Assembly: GCF_009834535.1 (NCBI RefSeq)
Contig: NC_045696.1
Coordinates: 19,036,001 to 19,100,000, forward strand
Source: Camelus ferus
Lineage: Eukaryota
Reading direction: 5' to 3'
Length of the DNA stretch: 64,000 nucleotides
The translations under genes were made by a program, and so were the position numbers. How positions within the stretch are numbered: position 1 is the first letter of the stretch; the number at the start of each line of letters is the position of its first letter. Shown piece after piece: positions 1 through 12,572 of this stretch. Below the pieces are notes generated by a model that was given only the letters and a program-made list of their open reading frames with translations, had not been told where the DNA came from and ran no database searches.

Positions 1-509
1 AGCCTTACCAGTGTTTGCAGGCAAAAACCAGGTTAAAAGAATTCCTTTTCACCTCAGTATTTTAAGAAATTACATTATCATGTAAGGTACTCCGTAGGAG
101 AATGTCCTGTTATCTTTTGTCAGCATTCTCCCTTTCATGACCTTTGAAAACATTTTGCTTTTCAGACATATCTTTCCTCCAACTGTTCTCTAGAAAATAA
201 ATTGAAAGTTCACCTGATGGTGATCACCTAGTAAGAAATACTTTTCAATGTCAAATTGAAATTGAAGAAGCACATTAAAGTGTGTTATGATTTTAGATAT
301 ATTTTTCCCCAGAAGCAAAAGCATTTTTCTCAAGGATTTGGCTTTTTCTTCTTAAAAATTAAATTAAAAAAAAAAACCTCTTTTCTCACAGGATTTTTGA
401 GTGGATCCTTCCTTCCTAATATAGGCCTTGATTTATGGTTTTAGAAATAAATAAATCAATAAGGTTGATTTTCTTCCTTTCCTTACACTAAAGTCAAGTG
501 TATACTTTA

Positions 510-635
510 TCTTTTCTATAAGCGTGTAATCATGAGGTTAGGCATCATGTCTGTTTTATTTGCACAATTTCCCAAAGCTAATGAAATGATGCATTTCATC
601 TCTAAAGCACTCAATAAATGTTTATTGGTGAATGT
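510..635 (+). mobile_element. L2 LINE 3' end fragment
   Basis: Ends in 'cactcaataaatgtttattggtgaatg', resembling the L2 3' terminus; highly diverged. Confidence 0.5.
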
Positions 636-1748
636 AGCATTTTACATTGGTTATAAGTTTTACTGGTAACCAGGTGGTCGTAAATTTAATATTTATGTTG
701 ATATATGATGAAATGTTGTGAGGCAGGCACCTATATTCCCATTTCATTGACAAATAACAAAGACTGTCAAAGGTTAAGTGATTTGCTAGATGGAGTTTGT
801 ATGTAAGTAGTGTTTTAATGTTTAGAATGCCTTTTCCCATCCTATAATTACTATGTTACGTGAGTTACGAGAAATTAATATAGACACTAGTGTGTCATAT
901 ACTATTTAAAAATAATATCTCATGAATAGAATGTCATTTTTATTCATAATTAATACCTGTAGTCTGTACATTATTTTATAATGAATCATAGAGCAGGAAA
1001 AGCCAGTGGTCACCTTATCTTGTGACATCAGAATGTGGTGAGCTTGTTAGGTTTTTACTAATACCACTTTATCTAAAGTTCCAATAAAGGGGCTGGTACA
1101 GAGTTGATGCTCTAGGAATAGGTGTAGAATTAATGAATAAAATTAAAATCTCTCCAAATTTCATATTCTGATGGAAAATATTTAAATCTGCATCATTAGG
1201 GTAGTCAGGTTTTCAAAGGCCTACTTTACCACGCTGCCCACAGAAATATTGTCCTCCTTCTTTGAACTTAAGAAGTTATTAGTATTCACTCTTGATTTGC
1301 TCTTTATTTCATACTGCTGAATGGGGTTACTTTGCTTCAGATGATGTCTATGAGCTAATCACAGTCAGGAATTTGAGAGGATAGAGAAGACGCACATCTG
1401 CATTATATTGTCATCAAACATATTACATTATGATGGCAAAATAAGGCTGTTACTTGGAGATACACAAATAAATGTCAGAGGACTGATTCCCATACACATA
1501 TAGTAAAAACCTATGAAAGTTTACTTTTCAAGAATAAGTGAGTTAGACATATCATAAATATATGCTAATTCACTTTATTAACTGACAACAAAATATAATG
1601 TTTTTTCTTGTTTAGGCTTTACTGTTCTTTGTAGTTATTTTAAAACTGGATAACATGTGAAAATATCTGTAGAATAATTTGCCCTTGCATACCTGAAGAT
1701 CAGGAATTCTTTTCTATTCTGTTCACTGCTCTGTGCTCAGTATCTAAG

Positions 1749-3030
1749 ACTTCTGGTTTCAGCTCCAGTATATAAAGAGCTTGGAAGTCATTAATCACAT
1801 CCTTACAACAATAAAAAGCTTATTTACCTCAGCTCCTATTATCTGATACAACATGCTTGACTTTCAACAAAACTTGCAAGATATACTAAAAGGAAAGAAA
1901 AATACTATTTAAAGACATAGAATAAGCATTCGGAGCAGACTCAAATAAGACCTTGATGTTGGAGTAATCAGACAGAAAAATTTAAATAATTATATTTAAT
2001 ATATTAAGGCTCTAAAGAAAAAAGTAGACTGAATGAAAGAACTGACAGGTAATGTAAAAAGTGAGATGGAAACTCTAGCACAGAATAAAATGTAAATGCT
2101 GGAAATCAAAAATACTGTGATTAAAAATAAGGAATGCCTTTGGAATTTTCAAAGAATCAATAACTCTTAGATTTGTCAATAGAAACGTCCCAAATTTAGA
2201 TTCAGAGACAAAAATAATACACACACACACAGAGACACAAAGAGAGCATCCAAAAAATGTGGGACAATTCCGAAATTCACAAATTCCAAAATATATGAAT
2301 AATTGGAATACTGGGAGAAGAAGAAAGGGCGAATGAAACAGAAAAATATGTTGGAAATGATAACGATTCAGAACTTTCCAAAATTAATCACAGACACCAA
2401 ACCAGAGATCCATGAATTTCAGAGAATACCCAACAGGATAAATACCAAAACCAAACTAAACCAACCAATCAATCAAACAAACACACAAACAATCTAGACC
2501 TAGAAACATATTCAAACTGAAGTAAACCAATGATGAAGAGAAAACCTTGAAAGAAGCCACGGGGTGGGGGTGGGGGAACACCTTATATAGGGACGAATAA
2601 AGATAAAAATTACTGAAAAAATTTTACCTGAAATCATGCAAGCAAAATGAGAATAAAGTGAAATATTTCACTGTTGATAAGAAAGCATCAATCTATAACC
2701 AGTAAAAAATATCTTTCAAAAATGAAGGAGAGAAACAAGACTTTCTCAGACAAATAATTTTAGGAATTAATTCCCAGCAGTCCTGCCCTGAAAGAAATGT
2801 TAAAGGAATTTCTTCATCGGGAAAAAAATAATAATATAGGCGATTATGTCAGATCTATATAATGGAAGAAGAAATACCTGAGAAAGGATAAATGAGGGCA
2901 AGATAAAATAGTTTATTTTTATTATTATAAATTAGCTTTTAATTACCCTTTAGAAAAGTAACAATACAAGGTAGTGGGTGATTATAGCATACGAATGAGT
3001 AAAATGAATAATAACAAAGTTATGAGGGAC
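1749..3030 (+). mobile_element. Old L1 (L1MC/L1M4-like): 5'UTR start plus degenerate ORF1
   Basis: ORF 2303-2497 contains 'QNFPKLITDTKPEIHEFQRIPNRINTK', matching the L1 ORF1p motif ENFPNL...IQEAQRTP.RIN. A-rich plus strand. 5' end 'acttctggtttcagctcc...gagcttggaagtc' resembles L1M 5' ends. Confidence 0.85.
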
Positions 3031-3039
3031 AAGATGTAG

Positions 3040-3832
3040 AACGAGTCAGTCACTAAGCAACCACATGGAAACAATGACTTGGCAAATTGTCACTAGCCAG
3101 ACTCTGTCATTGGCCACCACGTAGGAGGCTCGGGGCAACGCAGAATAGATACAGCACAGTGTTCCCAATTACCATCACTCCCAATAACGCACTGGATTTG
3201 TGTCTCCTGTTTCTACATCTAGTGGTTCTGCCAAATTAGAGGTCTTGGTCTCCAAAAGGGGCACATTTTTCTCCAGGATAAACAGCAAAATTTCCATTTA
3301 ATTATCAAGTATGACTAGTGCCATGAAATTAGGATTCCTTGGGTACAGAAAGCAGTAAGCAAAAGAATCACTGACGCGGCAGGGATAACTGACTGATCAT
3401 CAGGAGGAGGTGGGGTTGCTCTTGCTCAGAGGGAGTAGGAAGGAAGATGTGTGGAAACCAGGTGGTCCCTCAGTGTTTTCCCTTGGCCAAATATGAATGC
3501 AAAAGGACACATTAAAACAACCACTATGGACGTGATGACCAGAGACTCGGGCACCTCATGAATCAGTGTCTACATCACCACAGTAGTTAAGCAATTCCGG
3601 TCAGAAAAGAGAGTCACCTACAGGTAAGGGAATCTGGAATGAATGATCCAAGAAGAAGATAAACAGAATCAGTTGCGATTCTGAGATTGGCCGCAGTGTC
3701 AGAGGCTGAAGTCAGTCTCTCTAGCTCCCTTCTTATAAATCTCCCTTAGGAAAAGAAGCTCATCATATTCATGGCAGAACTGCTCCTTGAAAGTTGATAC
3801 AGAATTGGAAACGATTGGTTCAGGAGTTAGAC
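3040..3832 (+). mobile_element. ERVL internal relic (ERV3-16A3/HERV16-like), end of pol plus dUTPase remnant
   Basis: From 3395 translates as DHQEEVGLLLL, preceded by AGIT-D across a frameshift, matching the ERVL dUTPase motif GVIDPDxQxEIGLLL. Upstream reads 'TITPN...SAKLEVLVSK'. Stops and frameshifts present. Confidence 0.8.
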
Positions 3833-4229
3833 TGCGGTAGACAGAGTGATGCGGTGCACTGCCGACATCCCACTTCAAGACTGGGGAGTTCAGACAGAAG
3901 CCTCCAGCCATCAGTCAGTTGCAGTCAGTTTGGAATCTTTCAAGATTTCAGAGAGCTCTCTTGTCCGGGGTTGTAACCCATCCCCCAACCACCAGAGTAT
4001 GACCTAAGCGGGGACACAAAGGCCAGCCAGTGTAGCCTCATGGAAGATAGTTATTATATGCAAATATTCATCTGTCCTGTCTTCTGGTGGTCTGACCTTT
4101 CTCACTGCTTAAATATTTTCTCTACTAATCTTGCTTTTCCTTATTTTTTCACAGGTGTTGATCCTAACACATATCTTAAGACTTAAATATTGTATTATTT
4201 TCCACTTCTAGAGTACCCTCCATGAAGCA
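3833..4229 (+). mobile_element. LTR16-like LTR (3' LTR of the ERVL relic)
   Basis: Starts 'tgcggtagacagagtgatgcggtgcactgccgacatcccacttcaagact' and contains 'cacaggtgttgatcc' near its end, as in the LTR16 family; directly follows the internal segment. Confidence 0.7.
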
Positions 4230-7200
4230 TCCACTGTAAAGAATGAAAGAAATCAGAGTTTTCTCTAAACAGTTTCTGTCGCAACAAGGCAAAATGCTGT
4301 ACTCATTGTTCTGAGGTTCCCTAGGCAAAAATGATTCCAAGTAAACATCAGATATTTTGAGTTTTTAAAGGTAAACCTGTAACTTACATATTTTAGAAAT
4401 AGACTACAGACATGAATTTGCTTGTTTAACAAAACACAACGTTCACTTCTAAAGTGGCTCAGAAAAATAAAGCGCTTGGGAGGAAAACTTTAACATGGTT
4501 GCTGAATTCAACAACATAAAACTGTATGTTGTTTAGCACCAAATATCAACCTTGATACTTATCTGAAAAACATAAATGTGTTATTTCTTCAAAATACTCC
4601 CTATTCATTCTGATTTATTCACAGAAAAATAGAAAATCCTTGCATTATGAAAGTAAGATTCAAATGTTAAATTTAACCAATGTAAACATTAAATTTAACT
4701 TTTTAGGTGATTTTAGTACAATTTATTATATTTTTGTAGGTATAAGAAGACACGTTACTTCATGAAAGTGATTTTATAGTTAGTACTTGATTATTTATCT
4801 CAATTGTATTTATTTGTTTAGTTTTCATACCAATATTGCTTATTTATGAAGCAAAAGTTTGATCTTTGTGTTGGACCTCCTTCTAAATATTTATGTTTAC
4901 CAAGTTATTTATTCTTTAACTAACCAAGCTGTAAAGATGAAACCAAATTGTCACATCTTAAACAAGCCTACGTTGAAGAAGGGAAAGTCTAGAACTCAGT
5001 GATATTTTTCAATATCACATTTTCTTTTTAATATCTAGCTAGGTACACATTTGTCATAGCTTTTTTTGGTATGTTTCCAGTGTATTTCATCAATGAATCC
5101 CAAAATTTTAAAAAATATAGTAAAATTAGTATTTTCATTAATTTTTAGACAGAGAATGACATTGTTATTCAAACTATTTTTCCTGATCTCTTCATTCTTT
5201 TCTTATTTTAAATAGTATAAAACTAAAGTCTCATTTTTGTTCTATGCAGTTCACATACACTATAAAGGTGAACACACACTTAGACAGAACATTCACAGAA
5301 TTTCAGCTTCTAATTGGAAACCCCATATCACGTTGTTCACATGTGTAAGGCAACTTGATGTTCAAAACAACAGGTTTTGTAATTGCAAAAAAAGAACAAA
5401 ACTTTGATATTTGTCAATAATAGAAAGGAACTACAGGGAATGAGACTAGAGTTTTATCAGGGCATAAGACCTTGGAGCAGGCAGTGATGATAGACTTTTA
5501 TTTATCTGAAATATCTCTAAATGGTTAGATTTTTACTTTGTTTTACTATTCTTCCTAAGAAAGAATAAACAAACATAAAAAAAAACCCTACAGTATTTAG
5601 ATGAGAGAGCAGTAAGCCAATTACCATTTTTCATGATTTATTTTGAATTGCTTGACAATAGTAGACTCATCCAAAAAGTTTAGACAATTTAAATGGAGAA
5701 ATACTGCTGCTGAAAGCATATTTAAGTCCCCTAGACTGGTTTCACCTGGGATTTGTCAGGCTTTTTCATGAGTATCTCTGAGGACTCCAATATCTCTGAT
5801 GTTCATTGTGACCAATGTTTTGATGTTCCTTTAATGTCTGAAAATTATAAATCACAATTAAGGAAACAAACTAGGCAGACTTGAATTAGGCCTAAATTTT
5901 GAAAGAATATACTCATGAAAAAGTCCACATATAGAATAACAGAGTGCCCATTCAGTATAATTCATGGTTAGCCAGGTAATTGTTTTAAAGATCTGAGAAA
6001 AATATTTAGGGTGACACAAATGGATTGGAAATTTTCAAAATGGACTTGAAATTTAAAATAGTATAAATGATGTCACATGTTAACATTTGTAATGTATGTA
6101 ACATAAGGTGTAATATAACGTTGCATCATGTAACATGTTACATGATACAACATGTTACAGTTTCTCTATCAAGTTTAGGATGTAAGTAACTAGTTTTTTT
6201 TTTTTTTTTCCCTGAGATTTGACAATCAAAACCTAGTTCTAAAAGTCACATGTTTCTTTCTTTGTGTACCTTACAAAGATGTAGATTAGCAGTTAATGCC
6301 CTCAACACGTTTAGAGAGGCTAATTTTAACTAACATTCCTTCAGCTGTAACCACTGTAGTTTGGGTGATCTCTGAGTACTTGGGAATCTTAAGAGGCATA
6401 TGTAGACATAATTGTCAAAAAAAAAAAAAAACCCAAAAAACTTAAAAAGCTTCTTCACACTATTAGAGATGTTAATTCAATGAGCTATTTGGAAACAATA
6501 TGCTGGAATATGTCAAGCTAAGAAGCTATGAGCTGATGTTTATATTACAATGATTGCAAACCTAGTCAAATAATACAAAAGCTTTACATTGTCTCAGCAG
6601 CAAGTTACTAGGAGTGTATAAAAATCTTGCGTTTGAACACAGACAATATTGTGAAGTTACTTTGAAGTGTTCAGTTGTGAAACATATGTGTTCATCTTCC
6701 TAAGAAAGCTGCATTTGGTTATCAAAACTCTAATCCAATGTGTATATCAAGTTTATTCTCTTCAACATGTTGTTAGATTTTTTAAAAAGATTTTAGAATC
6801 TATGTTGTGGAACTTTTGTAGGAAAACTATTATCTTGGTAAGCCATGCTATTAAACTTAAAAAACATAAAGAGTGAAACACACAGCCTTTAAAAAAATTA
6901 AGATTAAAAAAATACACTTTTTCAGTATAACACAGGACTAAAGAGCATCTTCAAATCACTTTTAATACTTGTACATTCCCCAGGCCCTGCCTGCTCCAGA
7001 GATTACTGTTCTCCTTCCCATCCTGTAGTTTCTGAAGGAACATCTGAGCCAAAAAGTTCGAACATATTAATTTGGAAACTAGCATGATTATTACTTCTCT
7101 GAATTAAAGCATAAATTGTTCCTGCTTTCCAATTCCTTGGAACCCCAAGTGTGATTTTTCGTCTAAGTTATTGGGATAATTATCTCAGTTCTTCATTTCC

Positions 7201-10092
7201 CCTGGTTATGAAAATTCAACCTGGGTGTTTTACATGAATAAGAATATGCAATTGAGCTGTTAAATGAATATGAGCTCAGGCCATTTAAAAATTTTAATAG
7301 AATTATTTGGTGTGTGCACTTAGTACCAGCAGACCTTTCCATCCATTTATATAAATGCAACTACTAATAATTTATATTAGAATGAACTGATATGTCAATA
7401 GCATTATCTTTAAACTCTTGGGGCTTCCATCTTCTATATGAGGTACTTAATTTTATGCTCTAATAAAATTGCTGATTTATATTCTCTACTAACTAATCCT
7501 TCTAACTTTGTCCAATAATAATGAAATTGTCGGTGTTTTCCAAAATGACAATTTTTAAGCTGTTATTAGAAAGAATTGCTTGCATAATATCAATGTGTAA
7601 TGTAAGGCTATAGGATCTTAGAAACTTTTCAGAGTCAGTTTATGTTCTATACTTTCACAGTGATTTGAGTACAGAATTCAAATTAACCAACTGAGAGCTT
7701 CCATTATTTTCTTTGGCAAAACAAATCACACCATTTGCAATTGATGATGCTTTTATGTAATTTTGCATAACTCCAAACAAACAAAACTACTTAAATGTCT
7801 AATTTATACCCCCATTTTTATCTTTTATTTTAAATCCCATAGTAACATTGTGATTGTTAACTTAATCCCTTGATGCTTTTCATTTTTGAGTTTATAGATT
7901 TCTGGCTCCATTATAAGCTTTTAATAAGACCAAAATGTGTGCTTTTAAGAATCTAATTTCGAATATGTGTTGACAATATAATGAAGAATAGTGAGTGAAT
8001 TACTTTTCTAGAATGTAATTTGTTAAAAAGTTTTAGCTATGTTGTGTACCTTACTTCCACTTATAACTTAAATAAATTTGATTGAATTATGGAGGGAACC
8101 ACTGATGTTTGTATTTGAGGAAAAAGACCGCTTCAAATACCTGCTTTAGAAATAATTCAAACATCATATCTACCTTTTAACCTACATCAATTTTGTGTGT
8201 GCTTTCCCTGGGGCATGCTGTTCTTCTTTTATCTTGGTCAAGATATTGACTTTTTACTATACTTCCTGCTTTTTGTTTGGACTATCTGCTGCAATTTAAG
8301 ATTTAAGATTTAGCTTAATTTTATTTTCTTTTATAATGTTTTTGTTTTCTTAATTTCTGGGGATCTGTAGCAGCTATGAGAGGTGGCTTTGTCATAAGAA
8401 CTTGAAACGATCTTAAGTTCTACGGGGCACTCAGGGGACATCCGAGCTTCCTGCTGATTTTTCTCTTTGCATTCTCAGTCTAAGTCAGTTATCATTGATC
8501 TATTTGCTTGTCAACTTTCATGAAAAATGTCATTCTTTTTCCCTGTGAGATTTATGCTTCGTCCTTTCTTAGAATTGAGAAGGTATTAAGGAAAATACAT
8601 GTTCAAGCCTCCACTGTTAACTAATATTCTTTATTTTAAACTACTTAAGGAAAAAAAAAACAAGGAAATTATTTCACCATTTTTAGTTTTAGAAGATAAA
8701 ATATAGTAAATATTACATATATATGTATGTATATATATATATTTTCTCTCAATTAGAAGGCTTTAATGCATTCTTTCTGGAAAGTGACACCACAAAAGGA
8801 TTGTATATCCTAATTTGATCAAGGTGTGCCTTTTTGGAAAGAGGCTAATTTCTCGCTTGTCTTTTGCAAGAAACCTTCATTGTTAGTACTAATATGATCC
8901 TCAAATTTCTAGGTTCTAAAAACACAAAAAATGATGACATGATTTCTCCCCTTAAGAGGTATATAGTAAGAAGTGTAACTGTCTCTAGAAGCTTCTTTTG
9001 ATCTTAATTTTTGGAAATGCTTAAAAACCACCTGGCATTTTCTCTAAATTTTCTGTTTAGCGCTGATTAGAAATGTAGTTACTTTTTAAAGTTCTAAGAA
9101 AAATTTTCAACTTTGATTTTTTTGTTATATATACATATATAGTTCGACAGATGGTTTTCTTGCCCCTAGAAGTTTCTTAACCTCTTTGGGGAGGAAGGGG
9201 GGATTGTAGACACTTGATGTCTGCTAGATAAAATGGAGTTGAGCAAAATGTTAGGTATTGAAGGTATTAATCCTTTCAGAGTTCACATCCAGTTCTCCAT
9301 TATCTCAGCATCCTCATGAGTTAGCTGAGTATTAAACAGATCTCCTAAATTTAAGGAAAAATACTACTTGATATCATTAGGTCATTTAAAAAATTTCAAC
9401 GAGATCCTATCTAACTGGTTGCTATAATAGATTAAAATATTCTTTGTTTGCTTATTTTGCATTGTTTCATTACTAACATTCTCTCAGATTTTCTGGATAT
9501 CACATGATACTTTAAAAAATTGTATTTGGTTGAAGTTACTTTTTAATTTCTAACAAGATATCTACATTTTGTAGGAATATTTTCAGATTCCTCAACTTTG
9601 GGAAATTGTTAAATGATTCAGAAATAATCCACATAAAACAAATGACATAGCATGGGAAAATCTGTTAAAGAAAAAAGACAATGTAAAGGGCATTCAAATG
9701 AAGTGTTAACATTTCCAGGAAGCCGAGGATAACATTTTATGTAGCTACTCTGTTTTAGGCTCTCTTTTATAATAATTTTATGGTTAAATCACTTGTGTAA
9801 AGTCATCCTATTCTCTGTTCTTCCTTTGCTGATATTTGCCTTTTAAAAGTTATCAAAATAGACCACTGCCTGTAGCCATAACATGTTCAGATGACTTTAA
9901 TGTAGAATACTGCAATGTTGTCTCCTGTGGTTCAATGTGACTCATCCATTAAATCAAGTTAAGAATGGAGGGGTTTCCTCTAGATGATACAGAAGAGGTC
10001 ATGTCACATGAGAACGAGACTGAAATGGACTGTTAAGCAAGGTTTGTTCTAGAGAACAGATAGCTTTGACCTCTGTTACCAACATGGAATGT

Positions 10093-10530
10093 TTATGTAT
10101 TTATTTGCCTTTTTATTGTTATAATTAACATACAATATTACATTAGCTTCAGGTATACAACACAGTGATTCAATATTTTTATATGTTACAAGCTGATAAC
10201 CTCAATAAGACCATCACCACACATCACCATACAAAGCTGTTAGAATATTATTGACTGTATTCCTTATGAATACATTATACCCACTTATTTATTTCATAGC
10301 TGTAAGAGTGTACCTTTCATCACTCTTGTAAACTGGTGTGGCAACAATGGAAAACAGTATGGAGGTTGCTCAAAAAACTGAAACAAGGACTACCTATATG
10401 ATAACAATTCCACTTCTGGGTATGTATCCAAAGGAAATGAAAGCACTAATTCAAGAAGGTATATGTACCCCTCTATTCATTGTAGTGCTATTTACAGTGT
10501 CTAAGATATGGAAGCAACCTAAGTGTCAAC
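10093..10530 (-). mobile_element. 5'-truncated L1 with inverted 5' segment
   Basis: About 10093-10325 is L1 3'UTR on the minus strand. About 10326-10530 is the ORF2 C-terminus on the plus strand (MENSMEVAQK...IPLLGMYPKEMK...IWKQPKC). Confidence 0.85.
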
Positions 10531-10967
10531 GTGAAATTCTAAAACCCAACTGTCACTTGGGCATTGTCTTCACCAACATGCATACTTTGGAATTGTGAAA
10601 ACAAAATGAGGAAATAATCTTGCCCAAATCACAGAGCTTGCCATTAACATGTCAGGTTATGAATCCAGAAATTCTGATATACCAGTCAATTGCTCTTATG
10701 TTTTTAGTAATTGAAATTTTATGTTAAACAAAAATCAGTGCCATGTAGATACTTTCAGATATAGCCATTATGCCAGTGACAGATTAATATTCCTATATTA
10801 AAAAGGTCTTTAAGCAGAAATATTTATAAATCTCTTAAATAGAAGAAATAGTACATTACTTAGAGGTGATTCAGACCTTTATTGTATAACTAACTTTCAA
10901 ATTTATATCTTTTCAACATACGATGTATAGGGATGTGCCAGATGTATCAAAGGAAAACTAAAATTTT

Positions 10968-10977
10968 TATATTATTA

Positions 10978-11016
<39 letters not shown>
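10968..11016. repeat. (TTA)n microsatellite
   Basis: Directly visible imperfect TTA run. Confidence 0.95.
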
Positions 11017-11017
<1 letters not shown>

Positions 11018-12065
11018 ACAATCTTTTTTCCCATTGATTTTTTAAAAAAATACTAAGTAGGGATTTAAAATCATAGAGACCAAAACCTATTTATTGATTT
11101 TCTTTCATATTTTCTCTTCATATATAAAATACTTCCTCCCAGGATATATTCCTCATTTGTACTCAGAAACTGGATTTGCTCTTTCTCTCAAAAAAAAAGT
11201 ATATATATATATATATATCCATAATTTTATTTATATATATTTATATTTATAGAATATTTAGAATATATATAAATATACTTTGCCATCCTATGTCATGTTG
11301 ATTCAATTATGCATTTTAAAACATATCCTTAATTTGCCTAATTTTCTATTATTTTTTACTTATATTTGTTTTAGTTTTTTTTTCCTTTTCCCCTTTATTA
11401 TTTAGATATCTACTTCCTGATGTCAGTTATTCAAATTGCTTAAAAGAGGCCTTTTTCTGTCCAATTTAGGCAATTTTGGATATTCTCTATGTATGTAAAG
11501 TATCCAGATTCATGCCCCCCACCTCCATTTTCCCATCATTTATTAATCCTAGCAATACAGGTAAATGGCTTTTATAAAATAAACTGTAGCTTGAATCTGG
11601 AGATTATGATTTAGCATAGTCTTCTTTTTCTGGAGCTAATAGCCTCCAACATTAATTTGCATATAAATTAATTTTGGTTATATAAATTTAATAGAATAAT
11701 CTCCATAGATGTATGTTTTTCTTTCCCTGAAATGGTACAGAAATAAATAACAAATTTGTGACCTCTAGATTTGGCAAATATATTACTGAAGTAGTATAGA
11801 AAAAAGAAAAACAGTTCCTTATTAGCTGGAAATTTAGTATCACCCTGAAACAGAAGTCCTTGTAATAAAAATAAATTAATTTATCCCTTGGAGTAAATTC
11901 TGAGATCTTAAGTCATTGAATGAAAGATCAGTTAATCTTTCTGAATTAGAAATGAAAAGGATTGAGCAGATAGAATAAAGCAGACTCAGAAAGAAAAAGC
12001 AAAGGATAAGGTACAGAAAGCATCGATCCCAGATAATTCCATGTAAAGCTATTATAAAATGTGAC

Positions 12066-12572
12066 AATTGGGAGGCAATTCTCCATAGTTCTCTCTTGTT
12101 TCTCTCTCTCTTTTGAGAGGAGTCATGGACAGCTTTTGTTCTGGACTACCTCTTCAAGGTTGTTTGTATAGCAAAATACTGTGGAAAATAGAGAGACTCT
12201 CTCCCTCCAGAGCAAAGGACTGATTTGTTCGCTGTCCAGGATAAGAAAGTTAATATTTTATTGTGTTGCAAAACTTGGGAATGTGTGCTTGCAGTCCCTT
12301 TATAGCAATTGGCATTTCTCAAGTGTGGGCTTCCTCGGTCAACATTTGACTGGGACAACCTCTGCATCACCCCAGTGGAACTTGTGGGGCAAGTGGAATT
12401 GATACAAACACGAGGCTCATACTTCCTGCTCTGCCACGAGTGATACTTTCTTTTTGTTTTTCTGAACCAATAAGCTCTTGTCTCCTGCTGGCATCCATGA
12501 AACTGTGTGGCAAGTTAAATTGCTAGTTTGAAAGTATATAAAAATCACAGACCCTTCACAGTTTTTTAGACA
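12066..12572 (+). mobile_element. LTR40-like solo LTR (ERVL)
   Basis: Contains 'ttgggaggcaattctccat', 'ttttgttctggactacctcttcaaggttgtttgtatagc' and 'ctccctccagagcaaagg', ending 'cagacccttcacagttttttagaca'; recognised as LTR40. Confidence 0.8.
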
